Positions 1 to 14,790 of a DNA stretch of 64,000 nucleotides are shown in pieces; position 1 is the stretch's first letter, and the number at the start of each line of letters is the position of its first letter. The stretch is from Trichoplax adhaerens (taxonomy: Eukaryota > Animalia > Placozoa). The notes under the pieces are model-generated. The model did no database searches and was not told where the DNA came from. It saw only the letters and a list, made by a program, of their open reading frames with translations. A program made the position numbers and the translations under genes. Where the stretch lies: NCBI RefSeq assembly GCF_000150275.1, contig NW_002060958.1, positions 1,496,265-1,560,264 on the forward strand. The letters run 5' to 3'.

Positions 1-699
1 GATCAAGCGATAGCTACATATAAGAATGGGCATTAAGCATACAAGAGGAAGTAAAGAATCTATTGGATTACTTCTGCCTGACTCCATCATTGAATTAGTT
101 CGAAATAAAAAAACTATTTCTCTTCATTGACTTGTAGTATCCAAGATATTGTAAGTTACCTTAGCTCTTTTCAGCTTGGAAAATAAAATCATGGAAAAAG
201 AAAGGAGTGGATCCAGCGGTGTGAGAGAGAAAATGAACTGATGTGTGACATCGGGATGGTCTATAAAATTGTCCTGATTAGAGTCAGAAAATACAGTAGA
301 TGACAGCCATCAAAAGTAGAGAATGGAATAATCCAGGCAGCCTTGCCGATCTTTGGGTGTTAATAGGTTCATTATCTCAGCGGAAGTTGAAAACTAATTG
401 AACTTGGATAATGACAGAAATGTTATTCAGCTGTAAAATATTCGGATTGGTTGATTGGTGTCATGATCGGATACTTCTACAATAATCATCGATAACCCTG
501 CTGCAAAATCTTTTCGATCTGTGATATCGCATAGAATGATTGAGCAAATTGTATCAACCTTTTGACTAGGTTGGAACTAATGATAGTAACTTTTCTCCAT
601 TATAACAAGACAATTAGCTTTCTCGAAACAGAAGAAGTTAGACAGTAAGCATTCTACAATAACTTTTTCATTTTGCAAGTCAATGCGTTACTCGTTGAA

Positions 700-3600
700 T
701 TCTTGTCAAGCCAATTTATTTTAGTCTATCATTTTGTATAAGTTTGCATAGCGTTAGATTCTTCATTTTTTCCGTCATAACAACAGAAATAACGCTATCG
801 GAAGACAAGAAGTTGGAGAGTAAGCATATTCTTATATTATATCAAATCGAAAGTAAATCTCTAGTTGATTGCATTATTCTCTAATTAATTTATTCTGATC
901 GATCACCGCAGACTTGTATTCGGTTTCTTTTGCATAAGTACAGAGTTTGAGGAAACCACAGAAATAACGTTATGTAAGGACCAGAAGTTGGAGAGTAAAA
1001 AATTCTCCTTTGCTATTTCATGTGGAAAGTGTAGGCCATGTTCATTGATTATTTTGTGTCATCATCAATCTATTCTAGTCTGCTACATTCTATGCAATTT
1101 CTTTGGGATTGTCATAGAGTTGATTACATCTTTTTCCGTCCGAATAACTACAATAATACTATTGCAAGACAAGAAATTGGAGAGTAAAAATATTCGTGCT
1201 CTCTGCCATATCGAAAGTAAAGAAGGCCTTGGCTATTGAATTATTCTTAAACTAATTGATTCGAATCTTTCATTTCAGACTTGTATTCGGTTTCTTAGTA
1301 TAACTACAGAGTTTGGAAGTAGTAACAGAAACAACGATAGCTAAATACAAGAAGTTGGAAAGTAAAACTTTCCTTATGCTATTTCAAGAGGAAAGTAAAA
1401 AGCCTTGTTCATTAGTCTGCCACCTTACATTAGGTTTTCGTTAGCCATAGACTTCGTTAGCCATAGACTTAAACTTAATCATTCTCCGTTAGAACATTAG
1501 AAAATAACGTTATTGCAAGACAAGAAGTATCACTTCAGACTTGTATTCGGTTTTTTTGTATCACTACAGCACCTGGAGTAACAAGAGAAACACTTTCTCT
1601 TATGCCATTTCATGTTAATGTAAGGCCTTATTCATTGAATGATCATAAATTATATATATGCAATATAATTAATCTGTTCTAGTCTTCCAGCTTACATTAG
1701 GTTTCTTTGGTAGTCATGGAATTAGGATTAATTATTTTTCGTTAGAACAACAGAAGTAACGCTATTGCTAAGCAAGAAGTATCATTTCAGACATGGATAA
1801 GGTTTCTTTTGCATCACTGCAGTGTTTGGGGATAACAACAGAAACAACGATAGCTAAATACAAAAACTTGGAGAGTATAAATTTTCTTAGGCTATTCCAT
1901 GTGGAAGCACAGACCTTGTTCATGAAATTATAATAAATTATATATATCATAATTAATCTGTTCTAGTTTGCCACCTTACATTAGCTTTTTTGGACGTAGC
2001 CATAGATTTAGGCTTAATCATTTTCCGTTTCAATCATAAAAATAACGCTGTTGCAAGACAAGAAATTGGAGTAAGAATATTCTTATGCTGTCATCGAAAA
2101 TAAAGGCCTTGGTCATTGAATTATTTTAGAACCAATTTGTTGTGGTCGATAATTTAATATTCGATTTCTTTTGCTTAGCAATCGAGTTTGTAGGTCATTT
2201 CCCCTCATAGAGCAACAGAAACAACCCTATTTATTTGGAAAGTCAAGGCCTTACTCACTGATCTATTCAATAATACATATCTATAATTAAGCCATTTATT
2301 GTAGTTTACCACCTAATATTCGATTTTTTTACGCTTAGCAATCGAATTTGCGGGGATTTTTTTCCCCTTTATAGAGTAGCAGAAGCAAGGATTTCTATAT
2401 AGCATGTAAAGACCTTATTGATTGATTGATTCACAAATTCAAAAATCCGTTGCTGTCTACAACCTAATGTTCCATTTCTTATGTATAGGAATCGAGTTTA
2501 CGATTATTCTTTCCCTATAAAGTAAAGAAAAACAATGCTATCTGACACGTCAAAGTTGTATAGTAGAAACCATTTTTCCATGGCATTTTTCTAGTCTATC
2601 CCCAATATCAAATTTCTTTTGCAATCCTAGACACTTTTAGGGAAACTCTTTTCTTATCATTTTTTCCCTATAAAGTAAGAGAAACAACACTATCGGACAA
2701 GTCAAAATTGGATAGTAGAAATGACTTTTCTATGTCATTCTTCTAGTCTATCCCAATTGTCAAATTCTTGGCAACGCTAGACAGTTTTAGGAAACTCTTT
2801 TCTTTTATAGCTACAGAAATAATGCTATTTCTAGAGAAGAAGTCAGAGAGTGACATTTTTCTAGATCATTACAATCACTGATGAGCACAGTCGGTTTCTT
2901 TTGCATCATAATCCAGTTTTATCTACTCTTTCTCTTCTAACGGCAGAAAAAATGATTTCTTAAAAGTCAAAGTTAGGTAGTTTAAATGATTTTATAGTAT
3001 TCTTTCCATCGATCAGCTAAAGTTCGATTTTATCTGCAATGGTAGAACATTTTAGGGGTATTTCTTTTCCATTATAGCAAGAGAAACAACAATATCTCTA
3101 GAGGCGAAGTTGGATAGTGGAAATTTTTTTCACTCTATTCTGCTAGTCTGTTGCCTAAGATGACTTTTCTACTGAGCGAGGAGTTTAAGCAAACTCGTTC
3201 TATTCCAACAGCGAAACAGCGATATCTTAGAATGCAATTGGAATAGTAGAATTTTCCTACGATATTCTTATTGCATAAGGAAGAGTGACTTTTCTTCCGC
3301 ATAACTGTGGAGATTTTACCGAATTCCTCTCTGTTCCAACAACCAAAAATAAGATATTCTAGAGTGCAAGTGGGATAGAATTTTCCTGTGACATTGTTAT
3401 TGTAAAAGAAAGAATGACTTTTCTTCTGGATAACTGTGGGGATTTTATCGAATTCTTTTCTATTCCAACGACCTAAAATAAGATAGCTTAGAAAGCAAGA
3501 AGAATAGTAGAATTTTCCTATAATATTCTAATTTCAATAGTAAGCATCTTGATTATTGAATTATACCACGTCTACCAGATCCGTAAAACTAATTACTGGT

Positions 3601-5300
3601 AAATTCATTGTAGTGTATCACCTAAAAGATTTCCTTCACATGCTATCGAGTTTAGGAGAACCATTTTCCATTCAAACAACAGATATCTTACTATAAAAGT
3701 TTTTTAGTACACCATTCTTGTTTCAAAAGCAACGATCTTGCTAATTAAATTATCCGCTAATAAACCCAATGTAGCGTATCACTTCAACGATTTTTAGCAA
3801 AGCTCTTAACTTTAAAGTCAACATGAACAGAAATAGGGCTATTTCACGAATAGAAGATGAATAGTAGAATTTCTCAATGATATTCTATTTTAAAGTAAAA
3901 ATGTCACTAATTCAATTAGCCTGTAAGCAATCCGATATAGCGTATCGTTGAAAAGATTTCTTTTACATCGCTTAGAGTGTACGCCACCCAGTGAAAGAAA
4001 TATTGCTATTTCAAAGGGAGAAGATAAATAGTTGAGTTTTCCATTGGATAGCAGAAATAGCATCATTTCAAAATGGAAGATGAATAGTAGGAATATTCCT
4101 TTGACAATCTCATTTTAAAACGAAGGAGCTTGTTAATTGAATTATCCTATAGCAAATCCATTGTAGTCTATTGCTTAAAAGATTTCTTTTGCATATCTCT
4201 GGAGTTTCGGGCAACCATTGACAAAATAACGATATCTAAAAGGGAGAAGATCTAGAGTAGAGTCTCTCTTTAATAATCCCATTTTATAAGAAAGAATTTT
4301 GATCGCTGAAAGATTCTACAACTAATTTGTTGTAGAATATTGCCTAAACGAATTTGTTATAGCTTTATAGTTTACAGCAATTACTAACAGAAATGACGAT
4401 ATCTCAAGGGGAGAAGATCTAGAGAAGACTTTCTCGTTGATAATCTCATTTTATAAGTAACGATTCTTTTTATCGAATTATTCTTTAATCAATCTGTTGT
4501 AGAATATCGTCTGAATGAATTTGTTATAACTCTAGAGGTTCGGGCAACCATTGACAGAACGAAGGATATCTCAAGCGGAGAAAATTTACAGTAGACTTTT
4601 TCTTTGACAATCTTACCTTATATGTATAGAACCTTATTTATTGAATTACTTTAAAGCCAATTTGTTGCTGTATAGTATTTCTGAAACGAATTTGTTATAA
4701 CTCTAGAGTTTAGGGCAACCATTGACCGAAGGAGCGATATCTCAAGTGAAGAAGATTAAGAGTAGAGTTTCTCTTCGACTATCTTATTTTATAAGTAAGG
4801 AATCTTATTCATTGAATTATTCTACGACCAATCCGTTGTAGAAGATGGCCTAAGCGGATTGTTATAAATTTAAAGTTTTAGCGTAGTTACTGTAGGAAAT
4901 AGAGATATCTCAAGAGTAGATGACTTATACTAGGAGTATTCCTTTTTTCAAAGATAATTCCTCTGTCACCAATCCGTTCTAGTTGATCACTTGAAAGTTA
5001 TTTTATCCAGCGACATGTTAAACATTTTCACTCATCACCTCGGAAACGACAATTTATCATAAGTCAAAGTTAGTAGAAGGAGTTTTCTTATGAAATTTAT
5101 TTAGTTTATTGCCCAATTCAATTTCTTATGCCTAGGTATGTAATTTCTCTCATCACAACAAAAATAATAAATACTTCAACTGTAGGTATTGGATAGAACT
5201 CTCATATAAGGGATTATTCAATATCATCCATCTCGACTATCCCTTCATCAGTTTCTTTTGCCTAGCTATCGAGTTAAAGGGAGTCCATCTCCCCATTATA
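700..5300. repeat. Degenerate tandem repeat array, unit ~165-190 bp, roughly 25 copies
   Basis: The motif GACAAGAAGTTGGAGAGTAA recurs near 804, 979, 1168 and 1347. A later variant, GATATCTCAA, recurs near 4399, 4565, 4736 and 4904. The unit sequence drifts along the array; boundaries are approximate. Confidence 0.8.
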
Positions 5301-6129
5301 ACAACCCAACTATTAATATCCTATCGTCCAGAGATTGAAAGTAGGCATTTTCCCATGATGTTCTCATTTCAAAGGAAAGTCAATGTTGATAACATGATTG
5401 GGCAACATAATTAATCTGTAGTAATCTATCACTTATTGGGTTTTATTTTTGCGTAGTGATTGCGTTAAGGTGAGAGAAGTGCCTGGACAGAAAGTGTGAA
5501 CTAAATAAATAATTCCAGTCTAGTAAGGATTATCCTTGCAATGCTTTCTTCTAGGCCTATCTAGCCTTCTTAGTTTTCGTATTAGTGCATTAGTCAGCAT
5601 GATCATGTGTCGATGCTGTAAGCGATTATTCCTCTACGCTCGGAAAGATTTTAAATTTAAAACAGGACATCAGGGGTACATTTGTAGAAGTCCATGGTCA
5701 TGGTATAACTAGGACTCCTTTAGGAGGCGATACCAGATAGGAGGATGATCATTTGTCCAAATCGAATCTATATTTGACGGCTATTTCAGGTACAAACTCT
5801 ATTGGAACGAATTACTTTCTTCAAGGGTTTTCTACAAGCTATATAGTGTCAGTGATGCTGTTCTTGACTACTTTAATATCGATTAATGGATGGGATAGAG
5901 CATTATGCTATTATAAATTCGATGAAAACCCCTGTAGGAAGAGAGACAGCAGGATGAAAATCGATTATCATTTTACTAAACCGATATTAGATTCAATGCT
6001 CAAGTGGGAGATTGAATGCAGAAACCTCTTGCTACGATAGTGTTAGTCTCGATACATGAGATAGCCATTTTTCTGCAACGACTGATTAATTATAGTCATC
6101 ATGGCTGCCCAAGGATTTAGAATAGGGCG

Positions 6130-6630
6130 ATGCTACAACTAAAATGCCTGTTGAGAAGGATAGAGACTATAGATGAAAGAAGAAATGGAGGAACAAGCCG
6201 AAATTATTGTTGCGAGTGAAATACCTGTAGAAGGAGAGAAACTATAGAGGTAACAAGAAATGAAGAAGTAACCTGAAATAGTGGTTACAATTAAAATGCC
6301 TGTAGATGAAGACAGATGAAGATATCAAGGAATCAAATTTAAATTATTGTTACAAATGAAATATAAGTAAAAGAAGAGACTGTAGACGTAAGAAGAAATG
6401 TAACAGCAATCTGAAATAGTACTCACAATTAAAATACTTGCATAGAGACTGTAAATGGAAGAAGAAATGAAATGAAGGAGCAAACTAAAATTGTTTGTTG
6501 CAATTAAAATGTCTGTACAGGAAGAGAGACTAGGAATAGAAGAAACAATCTTAAATAGTTGTTGTAAACGAAATTTTCTGTAGAAGGAGATAGACTGTGG
6601 ATGAAAAAAGAAATAAAGGAACAAGCTTCC
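6130..6630 (+). repeat. Purine-rich ~75 bp degenerate tandem repeat, probably a decayed Glu-rich coding repeat
   Basis: About 7 units of AATTAAAATGCCTGTAGAAGGAGAGAGACTATAGATGAAGAAGAAATG-like sequence. One frame reads EIPVEGEKL*R*QEMKK*PEIVVTIKMPVDEDR. Confidence 0.6.
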
Positions 6631-9600
6631 ATCTCATTAAAAATCCTTGGAAAGTTTTTGTCAATAATCTCCATCAATCATGCTATACGTACATTACTCG
6701 AGAAATAATATCAATCTTGATGAATTTCTCCTAATTCATAAAATGATGTGAATACATTTTTAAAATAAAATTAATGTAGATTAATGAAAAGCGAAGCGAA
6801 GAACAAATTGTTGATGGAATGGGCATAAAATCCAATTAAAGGGATGTTAGATAGTTGGGAAGAATAAAATTGGATGATAGCGTGTCTGCAATCACAATGA
6901 ATGTCTTTGGATGGATATTATCGTGAAAGTAAATCATTTAAAAACTCTTTCTATTTTCTTCTGGTTTTACTACCCTTCACCAAAACATCCATTTACATTT
7001 CTTTTACATAAGAATAGTACATGTTTTCTAATAATGAGAGAATTTGCTATAAAGAAATGGACTGATCTTCTATTACTGCTCGTTAAAAATACGAATCATA
7101 TCATTCTTACTTAAGAATTACTTGTAATGTCATATACAATCATGACAGCAAGAGAATTAATCAGTTGTGATGATGAAAAAGGGTAGAAAGGATGACTGTG
7201 AACATGGTAAATTACATCGTTTAATGATATGGTAATAACACCAAGTTGGACCAGTTTTTCTCTGCTATTGGAAGAACCATCATGGATTTAATCACTGGAT
7301 TATTCATTCATTGATCCTTGATAATACATCAACGATCGACAAATTTATTCCCACCTTCACCATAATACGATGATTCCTTGTTGTCAAGGACCAATGATCA
7401 AATTTAATAAGCGTTAAAGTTGCTATTTTTTCTACCGTTGCTAGACAACATTTTTATTTTTATTTTAGAACCATTTTCCCATCTTGCACTTAGATCCATT
7501 GGACAAGAAATGAATCAAACTGATTATAAGATATAATGATAGTTTTCAATTTTGCCTTACCTACTGGATGGGTGATTCCACAGCACTATCTTGCTTCCAC
7601 TATTAAAATGGATCCATGCAATCGATTTAGAAATACAAGCAGTCGACACGAGATGATGGCCAATAGAAGAGAATCAACAGGGATAAAAGGTAGTAGTAAG
7701 ATTGATTCTGTTTAACTTTTTCATTCAACGTATCAAAAGGCGGCTTAAAACATAACAAACTAAACAAGTCAGAAAACAGTAGCTAACTCAACTGGAGATA
7801 ATTGAATAACTCGAGCAAGCCTGTTCAATCGGTCTTACTATCACAACAAGTGCAGCCTTTTTTTCTTTCAGTTTCTTACTTTCTTGTGTATGTATGTGTA
7901 TGTGTGTTGTTATTTTATTTGATTTACAGTAGAAGTATTTTGGTATAGATGGCAGACTTTAAAGAGGCAAGAGAGAGCTACACCAGGCATACACACATGT
8001 TTCACATCCTGTCTTTCTTTAGCCCGTCTACTACCAAAATAGATAGAAAGGTCAGCGCTAGGAATACATCGACTAAACCAACCTAAACATCAGATGGATA
8101 ACAAGTTGAAATCAAGTAAAATTGATGCTGAATTGGTATACCAGTAAAATTGAATAAGTTATTGTCATGCGATGAAGAGCAATGGTAATCGATTGCATTG
8201 ACATCAATACAGACCATGGACTCATTAATAGCTTGATGATTATTCTTCAACTCTCTTTTCCATCCTATCCATTCTGTCTTGCTATTTTTCTACCTGATTG
8301 ATTCTTTTCTTTATCATTCGAGGATGGTAATAAATTAACAATGATGTATCTATTGTTATTCGACGTTGTTAAGGCGATCATCTATTGTATTAATAAAGAT
8401 ATTGTTATGTTAATGATCGTTATCTAGCGTACAACAATAGAGTAGAACAATAGATAAAATTAATTAGGAAATGATGATTCTTTTATCAACAATCCTTGGC
8501 TAGCTATTTCAATGATGGTTATTCTATTCAAGAGTAACTTTTCTTTTGGTTTACATGCCTAGCAATAGGACAATAATGCAAATGCTTTCTTCTACATGGC
8601 GATGCTTGGAAATGGCCATCCTATTCGCTGGATTAGTGCAAGAATAGATCTATTCGATGGGACTCGATGACGTTGGATAAAAGATATCCATTCTCTTCTT
8701 TCCAGTTAAGGTAATTTTCTCTTCCATTTTACTCTATTCAATGGTCTATTTGCAGTTAGAGCTATCATCTTCTATTATAAATGTCAATTGTCGTCTGTTA
8801 TCGAGATATGATTATGCCACACTCAGGATTCCCTCCTTTCATGTTTATTTCTATTTACTTGACCTTATAGGATAAGGTTATAGTACTAGCGGAAACGCAC
8901 TTTCTATTTCAGTCAAATCCAATGTCCAATCAGCTTTGATTGAGTGCTAAATGGAATCGGTGATGATGTTGAATCAATGAATTAATTCAATGTTTGAATA
9001 GCTGAACAGCCTGCTATAATAGACGAATACTTATCGACTACAGTTGGTGTACATGTCTACGATACTAACTTGTCCACGTAGTTCGTTCTCTATTTTGCCA
9101 GAAGTCAAACTCCATTGGAAAAGGTTACGAGTATGAACTTAAAGGAAAGGATGACTGTGTTTCTTCCATAACATCAAAGCCATGATAGTAGCTGGGCAAT
9201 CGAATAACCATAGAGAAGATAGCTTTGCTTCGCTTGATAGTGGCTTTATAATATAGTGTACTACGTGTATTTAAAAAAAAACTGAGTTAATTGATAGCTA
9301 ATCCCTTAAATCGAAAATCCTGCTTGCTTAGATTAACTTATGCGGTAGCACTCGATGCACTTCTCTATATGAGCTCATATCCGTCATACTGGTAGGATAT
9401 CGATTAACAACTAAAAGTACAGTGTAGTTTTGCTTCATTGATGACTATATAATCTCGTAAGAAAACTTGGGTATATTAATGGATAGGAATTTGAATCCAC
9501 AGATGGGCATTTGTTCCTTCACAACTAAAATTAAGATAGAGATATCTATCGTAGTGATCTAACTTGATTTAGCAAATTGTGATGTGTTTTCGGCATGGAA

Positions 9601-9639
9601 ACTTAGATGAATACTGCGGTACTGATGCGAAATTCCAAA

Positions 9640-10700
9640 AACCGAAAATGTAGCTTGATTTGAGTGACTGTTATCGAAAGAGACAGGCTTAAATGTATTC
9701 TAAATACAATTTTCAACCAAGGATAGACTATCCATAAACAATCTAAATGCATCTTCATTAGCTTGACTTTAATCTTATGTGGTGGACTCGATAAATTTTT
9801 CTGTTGATAAATTCCAATCAATGAATGATCTGTCCGTTAATAGTTGAAAGTATTACTTGATTTGATGGATTAGCATCGAATAGGCCTAGTTGGAGTGGGT
9901 TTCTGAATAACAATTCCATCAGCAAGCAGGCTATCCGTTAATTTTAGACTCGGGTAACTTTTCTGAAGATAAATTCTGATCGATAGATGATTTATCCGAT
10001 AATAGCTGGAACTATCGCTTGATTTGATTGACTTGTATCAGACAGAACTGGCTAGAGTGGGTTTCTGAATAGCAATTTCATCAACGAACAGGCTATCCGT
10101 TAATTATTAACGATCGAAAGTAGTTCTTAATTTGACAGACAGTAGCTCTACAGAAGTGATCGGATATATTCCTGTACGCTAATTTAAATCAATTGATGCG
10201 CTATCCATAAAAAACTGAAAGTATAATTTGGTCGAATAAATAAGACCGGGTAGGGCATGGTTAATTGTATTTCTGAATACAAATTGAAATTAGTCAATTG
10301 TTGACGGATTTAAATTTTTATTCAAAAATTCATTCAAGCCTAGCAACCAAGTCGTATCTTTAGTAATTCGCCTATAAATTATCTATTGATTTGAATTAGC
10401 TTACCGAAATATTATACTCAAATCTATCCACAAGAATATTGGCAATCAAACATAAAACGTACTTTCAGTTATTGAAACATGCATTGTTGACTAAGTTCAA
10501 TTTGAATTCAAAAACACATCCAAGTCTATCAAACCAAGGCGTACATTTATTTATTCTCGTATAAATTATCCAACGATTTGAATTCGTACACCGAAATAGG
10601 ATACTCTGTTTATCCTACCTATAAGATCGTTTGTGTTCAATTATAAGATGCACTTTGATTGATTAAAAAATACCCTATACCTTCAATACACTTGCCTAAA
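9640..10700. repeat. Old degenerate tandem repeats (~100/200 bp scale)
   Basis: Recurrent CTATCCGTTAAT and CTTGATTTGA blocks. The clearest pair is GAGTGGGTTTCTGAATA near 9893 and 10055. Confidence 0.5.
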
Positions 10701-13700
10701 CATATCTGCCAGTTTTTAACATAATTAATCAAGATTTTCGGTCCACACCTGACAGATTTAGTCAGAGATCACAAATCTGGCAAATTTGTTTGAACAAGTA
10801 TCTTAAGTACCTATCCACTAACAATTACAAGTTGAACTCAACTTGAGTGGATATTATTTGTATATAATGAGATATAATGGAGGTGTTCAGTATATGAATG
10901 TTGAATGAACTAATCCACTAATCGTTATTTAGAAGGATCTTAATTGGATTGATAGAGTCTGTATATGCTTATGATAATCCTTTTCTGGGTATACCTGCAG
11001 CATAAATTTTACCCAATAATTAGTCTGATTTTATGATTTGGTTTAATTGACTATAGATGAATATGTAAGGCTAGTACAGTTATGATCTTATTGGATAGGA
11101 TATGTGTGTTGTTATGTAAAGGATTTTGAATCGGTAGGTAGGCTATCCCTTACGACTAAATGAGCAATAGAATTTGATCAACTTAGACTTTGTAAACGAG
11201 TTCGGATTGGAGAATAGGCATCCATAATTTGAATTTAAACCGCTAGTATGATTTTTGATTTCATAACAGATTATAAGACTAATAGTAAAGTTAAATGTGT
11301 AACTAAATAGTGCTTAAAAATTAAAACCTGCCTTAGAAACCGAAAATTTAGCTTGATAGGATAAATTTTTACTACTGGCACATCACTCTAACAGCAGTAG
11401 ATGTGATTCGATTCAGTAGACTATTTACCATGTCAATAAATCAAGCATGTTTGATTTGATTTGACTTAATGGGCTAAGAATACCATCATCGATATCATTT
11501 TGGATAGTAGCTGTGGAAAGAAACTTGGTAACTCTTAGTCTCCTTCTTGAATAAGTTTGCAAGACTATAAATGGTACATCATAGAAAAAATTGGACAATC
11601 AATACCATACAGAATCAGCTTTTTGTCTATTGCAATTTTAAAGGATAGAATACTGTTCAGGTTCTATATTATTGCAATAATCAATATAAAGTATCTTACA
11701 TAGAATGAAGCTCGATAACTCCAAATTTTATTCTTTAAACGCTTATACAACACTTTAAATTGTTTATCGCGGAAGAGATTATACCAAACAGAACCAGCTC
11801 TTTGCCTGCTACTATTACAGTATTATTAAGGATCCAATACTATTGCAATAATCAATGCCTGAAATCTTGTTATTACACTTTTAAACTACAAACATACGTG
11901 TATTGGACAATTTGGGACATTGGCCGCAACTTATATCTATCTGCCTAATATATATATTTATCCGTCAAGAAATTTATAAAAGAAATAGTTGAAGGAATGG
12001 CTCGTATATTAAAACTGACAATTCGATACACTTCTTTCATTAGCAATACTGTCATGATTTATTAGACTAACCGATTGACTTGAACTAGTATAAATAAAAT
12101 TAATTTTAAATTGTTACTAAGTAAATTCCTAATTACAGTAAATCAACGGAAAAGGATTCACATCCAAATGACATTTCATATTGTTATTAGGCCGGATTGG
12201 AACAAAAATGATACAGAGAGCAAAACGTACTTCAAGCATAAATAATAAAAGAATTAAAAAATAAATACATGAACGAAATAATGAAATGATCTTCAAATCA
12301 ATAATAAATTGTTAATAACTATTGCAAGCCGACAAAATTTCGAATACAATGAAATGAATTGTGCTTATGAAAGCAAAAAACATTCATGTTTTTCATTCTT
12401 GATTGAAGGTAATTAAAAAAATTAACATAGGGTTACCGACCATTGTTGTTGCTTATGATTAATTGATTGTGCCAATGAAGTTTATAATTAAATTATTTTC
12501 AGAATCATCGGTCTTCTTCAATTATTTTAAATATATTACATACCGGTAGCCGGTAGTGATCATACCTCTACTTTCTAAAATAGTACGACTACAGCTTAAG
12601 AATTGATTAAATCCAAAATTTGAAATGAATGCTCACCACTCTTTCCTTAAACTGCCTAGGCTTCTAAAATAGTACTGATTAAGAATTTATAGATTGAATT
12701 AATAGTCGATTTTGATGAGTATTGGCTACTTTTACTTAATAAGTCTAAAATTCAAAAATTGTTAACTAATTTTCGTAAAATACGTTCATCATGGATTTTA
12801 AAATGGCTATCGGTAGCAATGATTTTTCATTATCACACTTAAGTATCGAAATTTCATGATCAAAGTTCATGAATTAATTTAATTATAGATAAGTAGATGT
12901 AAATTTATCACTTTCCTTCATCACGAAACACGACTATGTTTCCAAAATGCTATTGACTAACAGTTATAAACTAATCAAATACTAGAAATGCATATATTTA
13001 TCATGACCGGATTTTTAAAACTGTTGACCTGCAGTCATAAATTGAATTAATGAAAGATTACAAATGCACTCTGATTATTCTTATTCCACGCCTAAGACTC
13101 TAAAACTGGACAGAATAAAGTCCATGAGTTATATTCTTTGCAGATTATAAATCCATGCTAATTGTTTTACAATCAGGCCTAAATTTTCAAAATCAAAATG
13201 GGCCTGACTAAAAATAATTCCTAAATTAAATTAATCCTACGCAGTTATTTGCTACTGATTTATTAAAGTTGTCCTAGTTCATAGAATGATGCTGGTTTAT
13301 AAATTGAATTATTCCTATTCGCTACTAAACTATCTATCCATACTAGTCATCTTTATGTTACTATGGCAGAGTAATGTCGATTAAAATTTTATAAATTAAC
13401 TTATTCCTATACAGTAGAGGTATATTCATGCGGCTCACCTTATCCTTAAATATGGTTCTGTTTCCTCACCGTAATTTCAATACTGTGCAGACTAAAATTA
13501 AATTATTCCTTCTTTATTCGTCTATACTTATTTTTCCGCTATTATCGTGTTACTATTTTCCTGAAAACAGGCGACTAACCACTGTATCACAACAAGATTC
13601 TATATAGAGGCATTCCTATCTTGTTTTGATAGATAATACAGCAAGTTATTTACTGATAAGCTGCTGTTACCTAGAATTTGCATAGATATTGACCTTGATA

Positions 13701-14299
13701 ATTGCATGTTTAATTAATAATATTATTTTCCGTCATGATAGCGTTATTTTTTTTTTCTATGAATATACTGACTAACGATCATAAAAATGGTTTCGTAAAG
13801 CGGAACTCTTATCTTGATTTCAGTCGATAATCCACCTTACTACTCACTGATAAAATACTGTTATCTAGAATTTGTATATATATTTACATACATAATTACA
13901 TATTTTAAGAATATTATCTAAACTATAATTTATAGTATAATTGATGCTTACGTCGCTAGACTATAAATTGATTTGCTAATAAAATGTTTGGCTTCGTAGT
14001 TTGGTCTACGAGAGTAGTTCCCGTGGCATCCTATTAATCTTCTATTGTAAATATTTAACCATTTTTGAATTATCTCGTTAGTACATGTCGATCAATATAG
14101 GCCAATACAGGGTTTATAGTTTTAATTTTGCTCACACAGGCCTACGTACATAGTGCTAAAATTCACGAATAGAATTGGATTTCCACACTATAGATCCCTA
14201 TATATATTTATTTTCTGTTATTATCCAAATATTCCTTTAAAAAAATTTAGAATACGAATAATGATATTATTCCATAATAGTAAATTTGTGGGTACGTTG

Positions 14300-14790
14300 A
14301 TGATTTTTCAGTATCATTTCAATTTTCATTAAGAATGCTGAAATTGATTACATTATTTGCAATGTTGTAAATATTCAATTGCGCATTGATCATTTCCCGT
14401 AATTATTCCAACATTTCTCAAAAATGTTGAATAGAATAACATTATCTCAAATGCAGTAAATCCTCTTCGGTCACTTTCCCTATCCATTCCAGTATTGCTT
14501 AAAAAACATTGAAAAGAATGACATTAATTTCGATATCGTAAATGCTCATTGATCATTTCCCGCAATCATTTTAATATTGATCCAAAAATATTGAATATGA
14601 TGATGACATTATATTCAGTGTCGTTAATGCTTATTGATCATTTCCTGTAATCATTTTAGTATTGCTCCAAAAATGTTGAAAATATTGATATTATTTTCAA
14701 TGTCGTTATTCCTTATTGATCATTTTCCGTAATGATTCCAATATTTCTCAAAAAAATGTTAAAAATAGTGACATTATCCCGATATGGTAA
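14300..14790. repeat. ~82 bp degenerate minisatellite, ~6 copies
   Basis: GATCATTT(C/T)C recurs near 14388, 14551, 14636 and 14718, with a variant near 14470, each followed by similar AAAAATGTTGAA segments. Confidence 0.7.
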
